This document shows, in pieces, positions 63,275-64,000 of a DNA stretch of 64,000 nt (position 1 is the first letter of the stretch; each line of letters opens with the position of its first letter). The stretch comes from Paecilomyces variotii. Its lineage: Eukaryota. The stretch is taken from NCBI GenBank assembly GCA_004022145.1, contig RCNU01000012.1; one strand, given 5' to 3'. The notes below the pieces were generated by a model. It made no database searches. It was not told the DNA's origin and saw only the letters and a list, made by a program, of their open reading frames with translations. The position numbers and the translations under genes were made by a program.

Positions 63275-64000
63275 AAAATATCATGTTTGTTTTTAGTTTT
63301 TCTGTTTCGTTTAAAATACCCAAGGGTTCGGTCTCTCCTTTGAATTTACACATACATAGGCAGGCGTGTTTTGGCATTGCACTATACTTTGACTTTATTG
63401 CCCATGGATACTGTTCTGCAACTCTAGCATATGTTGCATCCTGCATGGCATTGTGATATCCTGCCGTCTAGCCACCAGGTACATACCTGATTTCTTATCT
63501 GTATATATACGGTTTGCAGATGCGGTGTGCCAGATAGCCATATTAGCAGCTAGTTGGATAGAATACGTTAGCTAGTCCTAATGTTCTAGCAGAACTTGTT
63601 CATACTTGAGGCCTGATGCTCGAACTAAACTTGAATAGTTACTACATACCTAGGTAGTATTATATCACTTTGTTAAGTGTTTGCTGGTCGCGGCCAGTGA
63701 TCTTAGGGTGCTTGTTTGCTTTGATCAACGTCCAGGTCGCGGGGCAGGAGCGGTGGGTGCCGAGGACGGTGAACCCTGTCCAGTTATTATTTTCTTCCTA
63801 GCAGGACTTATCCAGAGAACTAGAGTTCTTAACCCAATCTCGTCGCGTCTTGCCTTGCTAACAGCCTTCAGGGTCTAGCATCGCCTCATCCTTTCGTTTC
63901 GTGGTCACACTGCCTTCATCATCCCCGCTGTCTAGCAGCAGTCAGGCATCCAACAAACAGCAGTTGGTCGCCCACCGACTGCGCCGCCCAGTTTCAATAT

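Noticed and set aside
1..64000. tRNA, rRNA, telomerase template, CRISPR array, LTR/TIR transposon, TGA-CTA readthrough PTS1
   Set aside because: None seen by eye: no T-loop/cloverleaf, no TAACCCTAA template, no periodic repeats, no RT or transposase motifs, no stop codon followed by CTA. tRNAscan-SE, Infernal and RepeatMasker would be needed to exclude them fully.

Overview
A 64 kb gene-dense euchromatic segment of a filamentous ascomycete chromosome (Eurotiales-like: short GT-AG introns with CTRAC/CTAAC branch points and Aspergillus-type proteins). I reconstructed 18 spliced or intronless protein genes by hand: PFD1, a coiled-coil hypothetical, HEM25, a 2OG-Fe(II) oxygenase, MED19, a head-to-head pair of Zn2Cys6 transcription factors, a DUF5923/HAM1-like protein, PHS1, IRC6, SmD3, GEP4, a Pah1/RfeB-type homeobox factor, a Mn-type CDF transporter, SRP72, a Gfo/Idh/MocA oxidoreductase, an RfeF-like VWA protein and a Dnf3-type flippase. 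Two decayed genes are not evident from the ORF track: an SDR relic (~457-1010) and a four-exon kinase-like pseudogene (9566-10649). I saw no tRNA, rRNA, transposon or CRISPR array, and no clear-cut novel system. The best leads are regulatory: a GC-AG intron, a strong decoy splice donor in SmD3 exon 1, a candidate internal promoter/cassette exon in the RfeF-like gene, a 776-nt AUG-free leader with a hairpin on the homeobox gene, paired CRE sites, and the divergent Zn-cluster TF pair. All family assignments are from motif recognition, not database searches.
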